Part shown: positions 28,101 through 39,239 of the stretch, piece by piece | Layout: every line of letters begins with the position of its first letter | Numbering within the stretch: the stretch's first letter is position 1 | Assembly: GCA_964057225.1 (NCBI GenBank) | Contig: OZ059897.1 | Coordinates: 5,704,001 to 5,768,000 of the forward strand | Source: Auanema rhodensis | Taxonomy: Eukaryota > Animalia > Nematoda | Direction: 5' to 3' | DNA: 64,000 nucleotides | The notes under the pieces: model-generated | Told to the model about the DNA's origin: nothing | The model's database searches: none | What the model saw: only the letters and a program-made list of their open reading frames with translations | Program-made: the position numbers and the translations under genes

Positions 28101-29777
28101 CACTGAACACAACGTGCCTACAGCCTGAACTATTTTGTGAACAAATCTTGTGGATGGGGTCGATATAAACCGTTTTTCCGGAACCTGGAAACGTTTTACC
28201 GAAATCTCACCAAGAATTTCAGAATCTACACATCTGAATACCTAACCTCAGATTATTTTTATTTGATTTTAGTTAATGATCTGTGAGAAAGACGGACATT
28301 CACTGAACACAACGTGCCTACAGCCTGAACTATTTTGTGAACAAATCTTGTGGATGGGGTCGATATAAACCGTTTTTCCGGAACCTGGAAACGTTTTACC
28401 GAAATCTCACCAAGAATTTCAGAATCTACACATCTGAATACCTAACCTCAGATTATTTTTATTTGATTTTATTTAATGATCTGTGAGAAAGACGGACATT
28501 CACTGAACACAACGTGCCTACAGCCTGAACTATTTTGTGAACAAATCTTGTGGATGGGGTCGATATAAACCGTTTTTCCGGAACCTGGAAACGTTTTACC
28601 GAAATCTCACCAAGGAGTCAGAATCTACACATCTGAATACCTAACCTCAGATTACTTTTATTTGATTTTAGTTAATGATCTGTGAGAAAGACGGACATTC
28701 ACTGAACACAACGTGCCTACAGCCTGAACTATTTTGTGAACAAATCTTGTGGATGGGGTCGATATAAACCGTTTTTCCGGAACGTGGAAACGTTTTACCG
28801 AAATCTCACCAAGGAGTCAGAATCTACACATCTGAATACCTAACCTCAGATTACTTTTATTTGATTTTAGTTAATGATCTGTGAGCAAGACGGACATTCA
28901 CTGAACACAACGTGCCTACAGCCTGAACTATTTTGTGAACAAATCTTGTGGATGGGGTCGATATAAACCGTTTTTCCGGAACCTTGAAACGTTTTACCGA
29001 AATCTCACCAAGAATTTCAGAATCTACACATCTGAATACCTAACCTCTGATTATTTTTATTTGATTTTAGTGAATGATCTGTGAGAAAGACGGACATTCA
29101 CTGAACACAACGTGCCTACAGCCTGAACTATTTTGTGAACAAATCTTGTGGATGGGGTCGATATAAACCGTTTTTCCGGAACCTGGAAACGTTTTACCGA
29201 AATCTCACCAAGAATTTCAGAATCTACACATCTGAATACCTAACCTCAGATTATTTTTATTTGATTTTAGTTAATGATCTGTGAGAAAGACGGACATTCA
29301 CTGAACACAACGTGCCTACAGCCTGAACTATTTTGTGAACAAATCTTGTGGATGGGGTCGATATAAACCGTTTTTCCGGAACCTGGAAACGTTTTACCGA
29401 AATCTCACCAAGAATTTCAGAATCTACACATCTGAATACCTAACCTCAGATTATTTTTATTTGATTTTAGTTAATGATCTGTGAGAAAGACGGACATTCA
29501 CTGAACACAACGTGCCTACAGCCTGAACTATTTTGTGAACAAATCTTGTGGATGGGGTCGATATAAACCGTTTTTCCGGAACCTGGAAACGTTTTACCGA
29601 AATCTCACCAAGAATTTCAGAATCTACACATCTGAATACCTAACCTCAGATTATTTTTATTTGATTTTAGTTAATGATCTGTGAGAAAGACGGACATTCA
29701 CTGAACACAACGTGCCTACAGCCTGAACTATTTTGTGAACAAATCTTGTGGATGGGGTCGATATAAACCGTTTTTCC
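4127..29777. repeat. Tandem satellite array, 200-bp monomer (some 199 bp), about 128 full copies plus a 78-nt partial
   Basis: Monomer ACTGAACACAACGTGCCTACAGCCTGAACTATTTTGTGAACAAATCTTGTGGATGGGGTCGATATAAACCGTTTTTCCGGAACCTGGAAACG...GAGAAAGACGGACATTC repeats head to tail without interruption, with only a few variant positions per copy. Confidence 0.99.
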
Positions 29778-30056
29778 AGCCTCTGAAAGAAGCAAGGTGG
29801 GCTGTTCTTTTTAGACTAAGTTAATTAGGTATTGCACAGATGGGTTCCTATTGTTCCTGGCAACAGGTCTCCCGAATATCCTCATCTGCCCTGTGGTTTC
29901 TTTGTAAAATTGGACCCTTCTCACGTAGGCTTGAATATCAAATTTTAAGATTGACATTTTTTTTTGCTTAAAGAGTGGACAAGTTGAAGTAGTTGTGGAG
30001 CCCGATGGGTCAATTTTTGTTAGACCAGCTGAAGATCCACAACAGGCAGCGCCACC

Positions 30057-30098
<42 letters not shown>

Positions 30099-30102
30099 GC
30101 AG

Positions 30103-30143
<41 letters not shown>

Positions 30144-30168
30144 GCAGCAACAACAACAGCAAAACTAA
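29777..30168 (+). pseudogene. Orphan duplicate of the NF-YA 3' exons (poly-Q tail) with no start codon or DNA-binding domain
   Basis: Copy of 3346-3737, preceded only by satellite. Confidence 0.8.
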
Positions 30169-30526
30169 TTAATAAAGTTTTCACCTTAATATATTTCAAA
30201 TTCATTTTTGCGGGTACTTTGGGAATTTTATAAGTACTAATATCATAATGCTTCATAATTTCTTTGATTTGATGCAATCTTATGTTTCATTCAAACATCT
30301 CTGTTCTTGTATATTTTTCTGTAGCTAAGCGAATGTTCCAAGCAGCTGGCTATTAATTTTTAATATCGTGCTAGGATACAACTGCCACATACACTACCAT
30401 CTTTGTCTCTCGGACCATACTTTTCTTATTTAACAAGCACTAATTTATTGTCTTATTCGTTAAATTGTAATAAACATTAACATGTAACTTTACCTGTGTT
30501 GTAGATGATTGTTGGCAAGAAGGAAG
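29777..30526 (+). repeat. 750-bp direct repeat, right copy
   Basis: Begins right after satellite TTTTTCC (1-nt C microhomology) and runs into the intact paraoxonase-like gene. Confidence 0.97.
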
Positions 30527-32298
30527 CAATCTATGTTGTGATTGTTTCCGTTTTTTCGTATATCTTGGGAACATTGATGTAAGTTTTTTTCTGTACAAAC
30601 CAAATATTCAAAGTGAAATAGCAAAAAATATGTTTCAATAACTGTTCTGGGACTCGCTGAAATTATAGACAAACTCTTGGCTTGAATAGACGTGTGTATA
30701 ATCATGTTCCGGGAGAATGTGCATCAGTGGGGCAGTTTTCAGAAGTTTCGGACTTTGATACATCTTTTGATGGTACTGTATTCTTAGCAGCTGTAGGAAA
30801 TATCGATTTTCTCTTTTTTATAAATAATTTATATAACTCAGAGTCGATGCACCGAAAACTGCTCGTCCACAACGCCAAGAAACATTTTCATTTTCAATGT
30901 TGACAATAAAACTTCTTGGGAACTGACAATTATCGGTATAAGTAGAATATATTAAGAAAAACGAAAGAAAATGTTACAGATTCTAAACATAAACTGAACC
31001 CTGGAGGTATCAGTGTTACTCCGTCAAGAAATAATATTCACTTTTTGGCAATAAACCAAAAAAAAAGGCCATCAGTTGAAGTATGCATCTTCAAGTACAT
31101 GAACAAAATATATTTTGATTTTTTAAAGATCTATTTGTTCAACAGCAACAAGAAGTCTCTCAAGCACTTGCGATCTGTTAGAAGCAAAAAATTCTTGAAG
31201 TTTGCCCTCAAGTCGACCTTTCTATATACGGAAATGTTTCAGCTTGATGGATGTAGCAGCAGTAGATCGTGAAAAGTTCTTTGTGACATCTCATTCATTT
31301 TTTGAAAATAGTTATCTTCAAATAGCTGAAAAGTACGTTTGTAAATATTGAAAACCGGTTTTCTCATCCTAAACTCTCTTTTCTTATAGAATTTTCAATG
31401 TTAACACGGGATCTGTTATTTTCTTTGATGGAAAGTCAACTTATCAAGCTGCTAGTTTACCTTCTCCTGTAGGTATCATATACGATAAATTTCGAAGGTG
31501 AATTTAATGTTAAAATTAAAACATACTGACCATAATATATCTAATTATTACATATTTTCTTTTATAAATTATCTAATTAGCATTTGACAAATTCTCACGT
31601 AACTCACGTGTCGTCATTGTGCATGAAACTGTGTACTAGAACGGTTGATGACCTTTTCACTTACTATTTCATTCTTTTATGTTTATTTTTCGAACATTAT
31701 GTAATATATTTACTTATAATTTCAGTCTTTTATTTGTTGCATCATTCTCTCAGGAAGCGATTCTTGTCTTCAAAGTTGAAAAGAATTATTCGCTCACGTT
31801 TGTTGATGTTTGTTTAATAATTTTTTTTCTTGTGGACACACATGTTTTTATAGAACATTAAGTTATACTGTTCTCCCTATTCTATTTGGCGAGATATTGA
31901 TAATTCTATGGTCATCACCTGTCATCCTGTGTTCTTAAGGTTTCTACTTGTTTATTGTTTGACGTTGTGAAGTATGATCATTTAGATATGCTTCATACCT
32001 TCAAAATCAAACCGCTTATTATTCACCTTCACAAGTACTTCGAGTTTATTATCGATCTACTGGGGAAAGGTGAGTGTATTCCTTATGATATTGATGAGCT
32101 TTAATGTTAATGTCAAGATATATTATAAAATCATGACAAATCGAAGTTCCGGTTTTCAGCATGATTCAACAACTTTATGCAAACGATGGTGCTACAGTCT
32201 CAGCAGCAGTGTCTGCTATTCGAACAGGAAATACTCTATTAATTGCAGCTCAAAGCGATCTTTTGAGTTGCGATTTGATAAATTTAAAACAAGAATAG
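30505..32298 (+). CDS. Paraoxonase-like (MEC-6/POML family) beta-propeller protein with an N-terminal membrane anchor
   Basis: MIVGKKEAIYVVIVSVFSYILGTL anchor; LGLNRRVYNHVPGEC resembles the nematode PON motif LDLNKRVYNHxPGxC; also LNPGGISV, DVAAVDREKFFVT, TGSVIFFDG, CHPV, SPSQVLRV and QLYANDGATVSA; TAG at 32296-32298. Confidence 0.88.
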
Positions 32299-33042
32299 TT
32301 CTTGTCAAAATCTTTTTTTCTTATTTTGATTGCTTTCTCAACGTGTTCTCTCCGATCGTACATGTGATTACTAGTTTCCAACTTTGGTATGAAGCAGGAA
32401 ACTGATTGAAACATGTGTCTTATCACTGTATGCTGCCTGGAGAAGAGCTTTTGCTCCTTACTAATACATTCCCCACCCATCTCATGCCGATACACAATAG
32501 TTAGAATCGATTATCACCCCTCAGTTGCGCCCCTATTTGCTCTGACGCAGGGAATCATCATTCTAACCCTGTCTTGAGAAAGATATTTTGTGTCTTTCTT
32601 CCGCTCTCTAAGTTTTGTTGAGCCAATTCACATCTTCCACACTGTTTGTTAACTCCTCACACCTGTCTTTTTGATCTTTTAGTTCCTACATTTGGTTACA
32701 TAATTCCTGTTTGAAACGAATTGGAGTCTGTGCTGTTTTATGCCGAAATTATAACATCTCGCTCCGAACAAAGTTTCGTTTCGACGGTAAGAAGTTTACT
32801 CAGTTCTCTTCTGTGCAGTAGGCACATCGTAGAACCAAGCTGGTTTGCTTCAAGTTTGCTGTTTGCGGATCTTTTGATGTTTGACCTGAAATACCATTCT
32901 GTTTTTTAATTTTTATTTTATGAACTGTTGATTAGTTGTATTTCGAATTATTTTTTTTATAAATTACTCTTATTTCATGAAGCTTTATAATTCTTATTTA
33001 TGATATTCTTAAATATTTAATTTCACTTATTTTCTGTAGGAG

Positions 33043-36000
33043 ATGCCTCCAAATATATCTGACGGGTATGGAACAAGTATGGTTCGTTATTGCTTTATTC
33101 AGTAAATTACTTATCTATATTCACATTATATTCATAACTAATGGATATTTTATCAGGTAACACCGAACCATGCCCATAAGCGATCATCCTCACAATGGGT
33201 GCCACAGTCTGGCCCACTGTACAATCCTATAGAGGTTTTCAGAGGACGAAAAACACGAATAAAAGGGTAAGAGATGTAGCATCTAATTATAATTTGATTC
33301 AAAGTTATTGATAATACATCTTTCTTTTTTTAAAAACAATATGATTAAAACAAAAAAATATAATTGTTTGCTCATAACTTTAATTCTAAAAAATGGTTGC
33401 CCATGTTATAATTTGTGATTACACTTAAGGTCTCGAATGATTCAGCCAAATCATCTACAACAAGTAGCACGATATAATATGCCAAACTACAGGCAATATT
33501 CAAATAATTCAATAACCACAACGAAATATGGGTTTGAATGTTCAATTGTATCACGAATATTCTTTTTTTTTTCCAGTTTATTTACTTTTCTACCATTAAA
33601 TATATATCATCAATTACGTAATAAATTTGCTAATTTATATTTTTTTTTCATAGCAGGTAATTCATATAATCAATTTATATTTATATATTTTATTTTTCTT
33701 TCAGCTTTAAATTTTATTCCTGCATTTCAAGCTTATTCTAAATATTTAGCCCTTGTACCTCCATGCTTTGTAATATTCACAACGATGGTAAAAGTATGGT
33801 TTAAATTTTTTCCTGTTTTTCTTTATTTCATCTTCTTACTTAGGATGGTATTGAAGATCTTCGTCGATGGCGATTTGATAGGGAAATCAACAGTAGATTA
33901 ACACATGTATGGGTTAAGTAAGACAGCCTCATTCCATGTTATTCTTGAATCTCCTGCATTCAGAGATCAAAATGCTTTTCGAAAAACTGAATGGAAGCAT
34001 CTTCTAGTAGGCGATTTCGTTCACGTATCTAACGATCAAGACATTCCTGCTGATTTACTATTCATCAGGTATGTACATATATCCTCTTGAGTTTCAACAT
34101 CATATCATCATTGTTTTGTTTGTTTGAGGTCTTCAAATACTAATGGCAGTTGCTATATTGAAACAAGTAATCTTGATGGTGAGACGTCTCTAAAACAGCG
34201 AAATGTGCCACGAATATATTTGAATTTCTCGAAGGTGAATCATCAATTTATCAATTTAATTTTTTTTTTGCGCTTTATTCAGGAAGACTCAACATTTCTA
34301 CCAACTGCATTCAATGCTACAGCGTTTTGTGAAAAACCCGATAAGGGAATTTATAACGTAAATGCGAGACTAGAAACATCACCATGTGAGTGTTACTTCC
34401 GTTTTTAAAAACATAAAAAATGTATTTGTAGCAGTTTTTCAACCTATATTAGGAGAAAATATGCTTTTAAGGGGATCAAAATTGAAAAATACAACCTTTG
34501 TAGAAGGTTTAGTACTTTACGCTGGTAATATTTATAACCTTAAATCATCTGACGAAGTTTTATTCTATTTGCCTTCAGGTCATGATACTAAAGTTATGCT
34601 TAACAATGGAAGAGCACCTTATAAGCAATCATATATAGAGCAGTTAACAAACAAGTTTGTTTACGAATACAATTTTTCATAAATTATCTTTTTACATTCT
34701 TAATTTTCCAGATTTATTATTTTTTGTGTTATCATGTTAGTTGCTATGGTTGCTTCTGGAGCTTTATTATGTGGATTATTTGTTAGTCGAAATGAAGCTC
34801 AGGTTATCATAAGAAAAATCAAATTTTAATATTTTTCAACAATATTTAGGATTCTGCTTTTATTTCATGGGATACTAAAAGTCCTGTAGCTGAAGCTTTT
34901 CTTAGTATCGGAACATTTATCATCTGTTATCAGGTTTGATACAACTTTTCATAACTCAAGTTGGAAGAAGATCATTATTATTACAGGTTCTGGTACCAAT
35001 TTCTCTCTATATCACTGTTGAATTAATAAAAATTGGTCAAATATACTTTATATCTCAAGATCTGGATTTGTATGATGACGAATCGGTATATTATATAAAA
35101 TAATTTTTAAAAATATCAATATCCATCTATCTATTTAGGATTATCCAGTTAATTGTCGATCATTGAATATTCCTGAAGAATTGGGTCAGATTACTCATGT
35201 TCTTTCTGATAAGACAGGAACATTGACAGAGAATAGAATGATATTTCGAAATTTTTCTTTTGATGATATTGATAATGGAGGAGAATTCAATATAGTAAGC
35301 TTTTTGGCTTTTTTTACTTTTTATTCTAAGAAATATTATCATTATTAGGATGAAATTGATAAGGATAATCCTGTTGTTTCACCAACTGCTATGAATCGAA
35401 TAAAAGAAAATTGGGAAACAAACACAATTATGAAACATTTTTTTACAAATATTGTTGTAAATAATTCTGTAATTGTAAACAAAATTCCTCGTCATGATGC
35501 TATTGAGGTTTGTTTTATGGTAATTTGAGGTTTTTGTCATAAATAGTATTTAAGGTTGGAACATATGAAGGTGGTGTCTATTCAATAGGAAATGCAAACT
35601 TTTATCATATGACAGTTGATGATTATCGCGATAGATTAGAAGATCTGAAGTTGACACCGGAAGAAATTGAAAAGAAGTTTATACAATTTCAAATTCAAAA
35701 AAAAATTTCTTTCAAATTTCAGAACTCGTGAAACAAGATGCCAATCGGTTAGTTCTCTTCCAAATATTCCAGAAGAGAGCGAAGTTTCAACACCAATCTC
35801 TCGTAAGCTTTATCTTATATCCTATAATTACTGTTTCTTATTTTAGGAACACCTGCACGTTCACCCACTGATGGAGAAGAGTCTCCTGGTGTTATATCAC
35901 GTGTAGGCTCTACCATATCGAAGAATGTTGTACATGGCTTCAAAAAAATGAAATTGCTGAATGCTTTGTATAAACTCCTTAGATGCTTCTCACAAAATCT

Positions 36001-38508
36001 CTAATACTTTTCAGCAAACAGTCGCCGATCGAGTTAAGACGAAGATACACATTGGGATTGCCACAGCCATTCTGTCCGTATGAAGCAGAAAGTCCTGATG
36101 AGTTAGCTCTGATGCAAGGTTGAATATCAAAGTATTGTTCACAATGTATTGCTGAATTTCGTTATAGGTGTAAGCTTATATGGATGGGATATCATAGATA
36201 GTTGTGCTACTCACAGTATAATAATACGTCCAGATGGAAAGAAGCAAAGGTGACTTGATTTGAAATTCCAATGTTACACGCTTCAATTTGTTTTTAGAGT
36301 TGATATTCTTCTTGTGCTTCCTTTTGATTCTCATCGTAAGAGAATGTCTGTTATCATTGAAAATGAAGAAGGAATTGTTATGTATACAAAGGGGGCTGAT
36401 TCAGCAATATTGAACAGGTTGAAATATATAAAATCTTTCAAATTTAATATTTAAAGAACATAGCTTTTCAGAGTGAAAAGTGATGATCCTCTTCACTCTA
36501 TGATGACTAAGCGTGTGCATGAATATTCGACCAAAGGTCTAAGAACTCTCTGCTTTACCATGAGGAAATTGACGTCACAAGAGTTCGATGAATTTAAAGA
36601 TAGCTATGACTTTCTGTTACAAGATTCTTCAAAAGAGAGGGCAGCTATGCTTTCTGACAAAGCTGATGAAATAGAAAACAACTTTACTTTACTAGGAGTA
36701 ACTGGAATAGAGGATAGATTACAAGTACTACTATAACATATTAGAATTTTAATTAAAACTATTTTATAGGAAGGAGTAAAGGATACAGTTGAATCCTTAA
36801 GAGGCGCAGGAATTCAAGTTATTTTAAAAGTTGTTTCGAGTGCTATAACATACTTATAGGTGTGGGTGTTAACTGGTGATAAGCTTGAAACAGCTGAAAA
36901 TATTGCTCGATCTAGTGGTCTTTTTGGTGATCATGATGTTATACGTCATTTAGAAAATGAAGATGATCTTTTGAAGCTAGATCCCGAAATTCCAATTAAT
37001 TCAAAGTATTTTATGAAAAAATTTATAAAATTAAAAATTTATTATTTTAGAGAAAATGTAATATTGTCTCCAAAAATGGTAACTTTATTAAGAGAAAAAA
37101 ATGAACGCATTATCAAAGTATTAAAGTTGTAAGTTTTTCAGAAAATTTTATAATAAGTAAAATATTTTTTAAAGAGCTCAATCTGTATTATGTTATCGCA
37201 TGACTCCATCCGAAAAAGCTGACGTTGTCAAAATTGTCAAACAGACTTCAAAGGTTGAAACATCCTGCATATATATACTTTATTATTATCTTTCTTGTAG
37301 GTTGGAAGAGTTCTTGCTATAGGAGATGGAGCAAATGATGTCCCAATGATTCAAGCTGCTCATGTTGGTATTGGAGTCAAGGGGAAGGAAGGAATGCAGG
37401 TATAGCCTCACTATGAAGCTTTTCCCTCTACGTAATTTTCCACATTTAAGGCTGTAATGGCTTGTGATTTTGCCATATCGAAATTTCGATACCTCAAGAA
37501 ATTGCTTCTAGTACATGGCCATTGGTCATATTATCGTTTATCTCTCTGTTTCTTATATTTTTTATATAAAAATACGGTAAAGTTCGAAAAGATAAGCGAC
37601 CAATATAGAAAGTTTCTTCAGAATTGTGTCTTTATTCTATTTTTTTTCCAATTTTTCGATGGTTATTCGGGTTCATATTCGGTAGATCCAACTTATTCAA
37701 TAATGTATCCAATAGTTTTTACAGCGTATGTTTATAAATTAAGCTCTTATGTTTCAAAAGAATATTCACTATTATAGGCTTCAACCTATAGTTGTAGGTA
37801 TCTTAGATCAAGATATACTCGCCGATGAACTTTTAAAAAATGTTTCTTTATACTCTTTAGGAAGAGATGGTATATATAACCTTTTTCTATTATTTCATAA
37901 TATTTTTTTCAGGATTGTTATATACATATCAATCTTTCTTTCTAAATGTTATTGATGGCATTTGGCAAGCATTTGTTATATATTTTATATCTCATTTCGT
38001 AATTTAAATTCTATTATACTGAGAAAACAAAACATTTTCAGACCTTAATTGACTCAGATTCCAATTTGTGGCTGCTTGGCTTCTATCTTGGAACGGGTAT
38101 GATGCTATCAAATTGTTTTCATCTGGCAATAGAATGCCGAAATTGGGTAAACTGCTTGACACTCTATTATAACTAATTTTGTGTTTCAGACAAAATTTTT
38201 TATTGCCATCTTTTTTTTATTCCTTGGTTTACATTTTACTTATTTTTTGGTTTATTCATATGTTGTGACACCAGGTAGAAAAGCAAATTCTTCTTAAACT
38301 TCCTCAAATAACTATCTTGAAGGCTGGGTACCTGATCCGCCATCTATGGTTTCCAGTGTTGAAATGAAGAAAACCAGGTTTTGGGTTTGCCAAATAATGA
38401 TAACCATAGTTGCTCTCTTGCCAAGGTTGGTAAACTATTTTAAAATTATTTATAATTTTGGCTTTCAGAATAGTTTTTCGGGTAGCTTCTAATTCTAATC
38501 TTTGGTGA
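33043..38508 (+). CDS. P4-type ATPase phospholipid flippase (ATP10 class, tat-3/tat-4-like); many exons
   Basis: [48 protein letters not shown] (phosphorylated Asp), [50 protein letters not shown] and [10 protein letters not shown]. Confidence 0.95.
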
Positions 38509-39239
38509 GATATCATCAATTTGTACAGTTTTGCTACATATGCCTTTCCTCATTGTTGACCGGTTATAAATATTTTTAATTTACATTTTACTTAAATTTT
38601 TTCCAAGTTTTTTAAAAATTTTGACTGAATTCTTTACTAATTTACAGATTTCGAAAAGTATTTATCATCTTTGAGTAAATAAATGTAAAAACTATAATTC
38701 AAAAATAATTAGTTTACATTGGTTTTATTGAAAATATCATTATTAATAATTAATAAAGTAGTGTACAAATCTTAAGTGGCGCAAAAGAAGAAGAAAGACT
38801 ATGAAACAGTGATCATTGACTAGTTTAAGAATTTCAAGACCTTGTTGTCCTCGGCTTGAACTCTTTTCTCTATCTTTTACTTATCTATATTCTATACCTG
38901 GTAATATCGGGATAGAACGAAGATAATCTTGTCTTTAACATAAAAATAACAATACTGCCACATCCTGACCACATAGAAGTATCAATTAAATGAAGAAATG
39001 AAGCCTTATCATAAAAAGCTGAATAATAAAACAACCCTTTCTGACTCATTGCTTAATTCGCATTAGACATCTGTAAGTATAATACAAAAAAAAGAAAGTT
39101 TGATGTGGTGTTAACAATATCTGCAAAGAGAATACAAAATTGGGTTCCAAAACTTTAATGGGTGGGTGAATATCATTATGCATACAAATGGGTGTCAATT
39201 CTTGAGGGTTTCAAAACTTTTATGGGTGAGTAACAATTA

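Noticed and set aside
4127-29777. CRISPR array, or a 5S rRNA, SL RNA or tRNA cluster
   Set aside because: No unique spacers and the context is eukaryotic. No SL1 leader, 5S sequence or convincing Pol III A/B boxes on either strand.
3346-30526. LTR retrotransposon (long direct repeats flanking an internal region)
   Set aside because: The repeats are host gene sequence without TG...CA ends or a primer-binding site, and the interior has no gag/pol.
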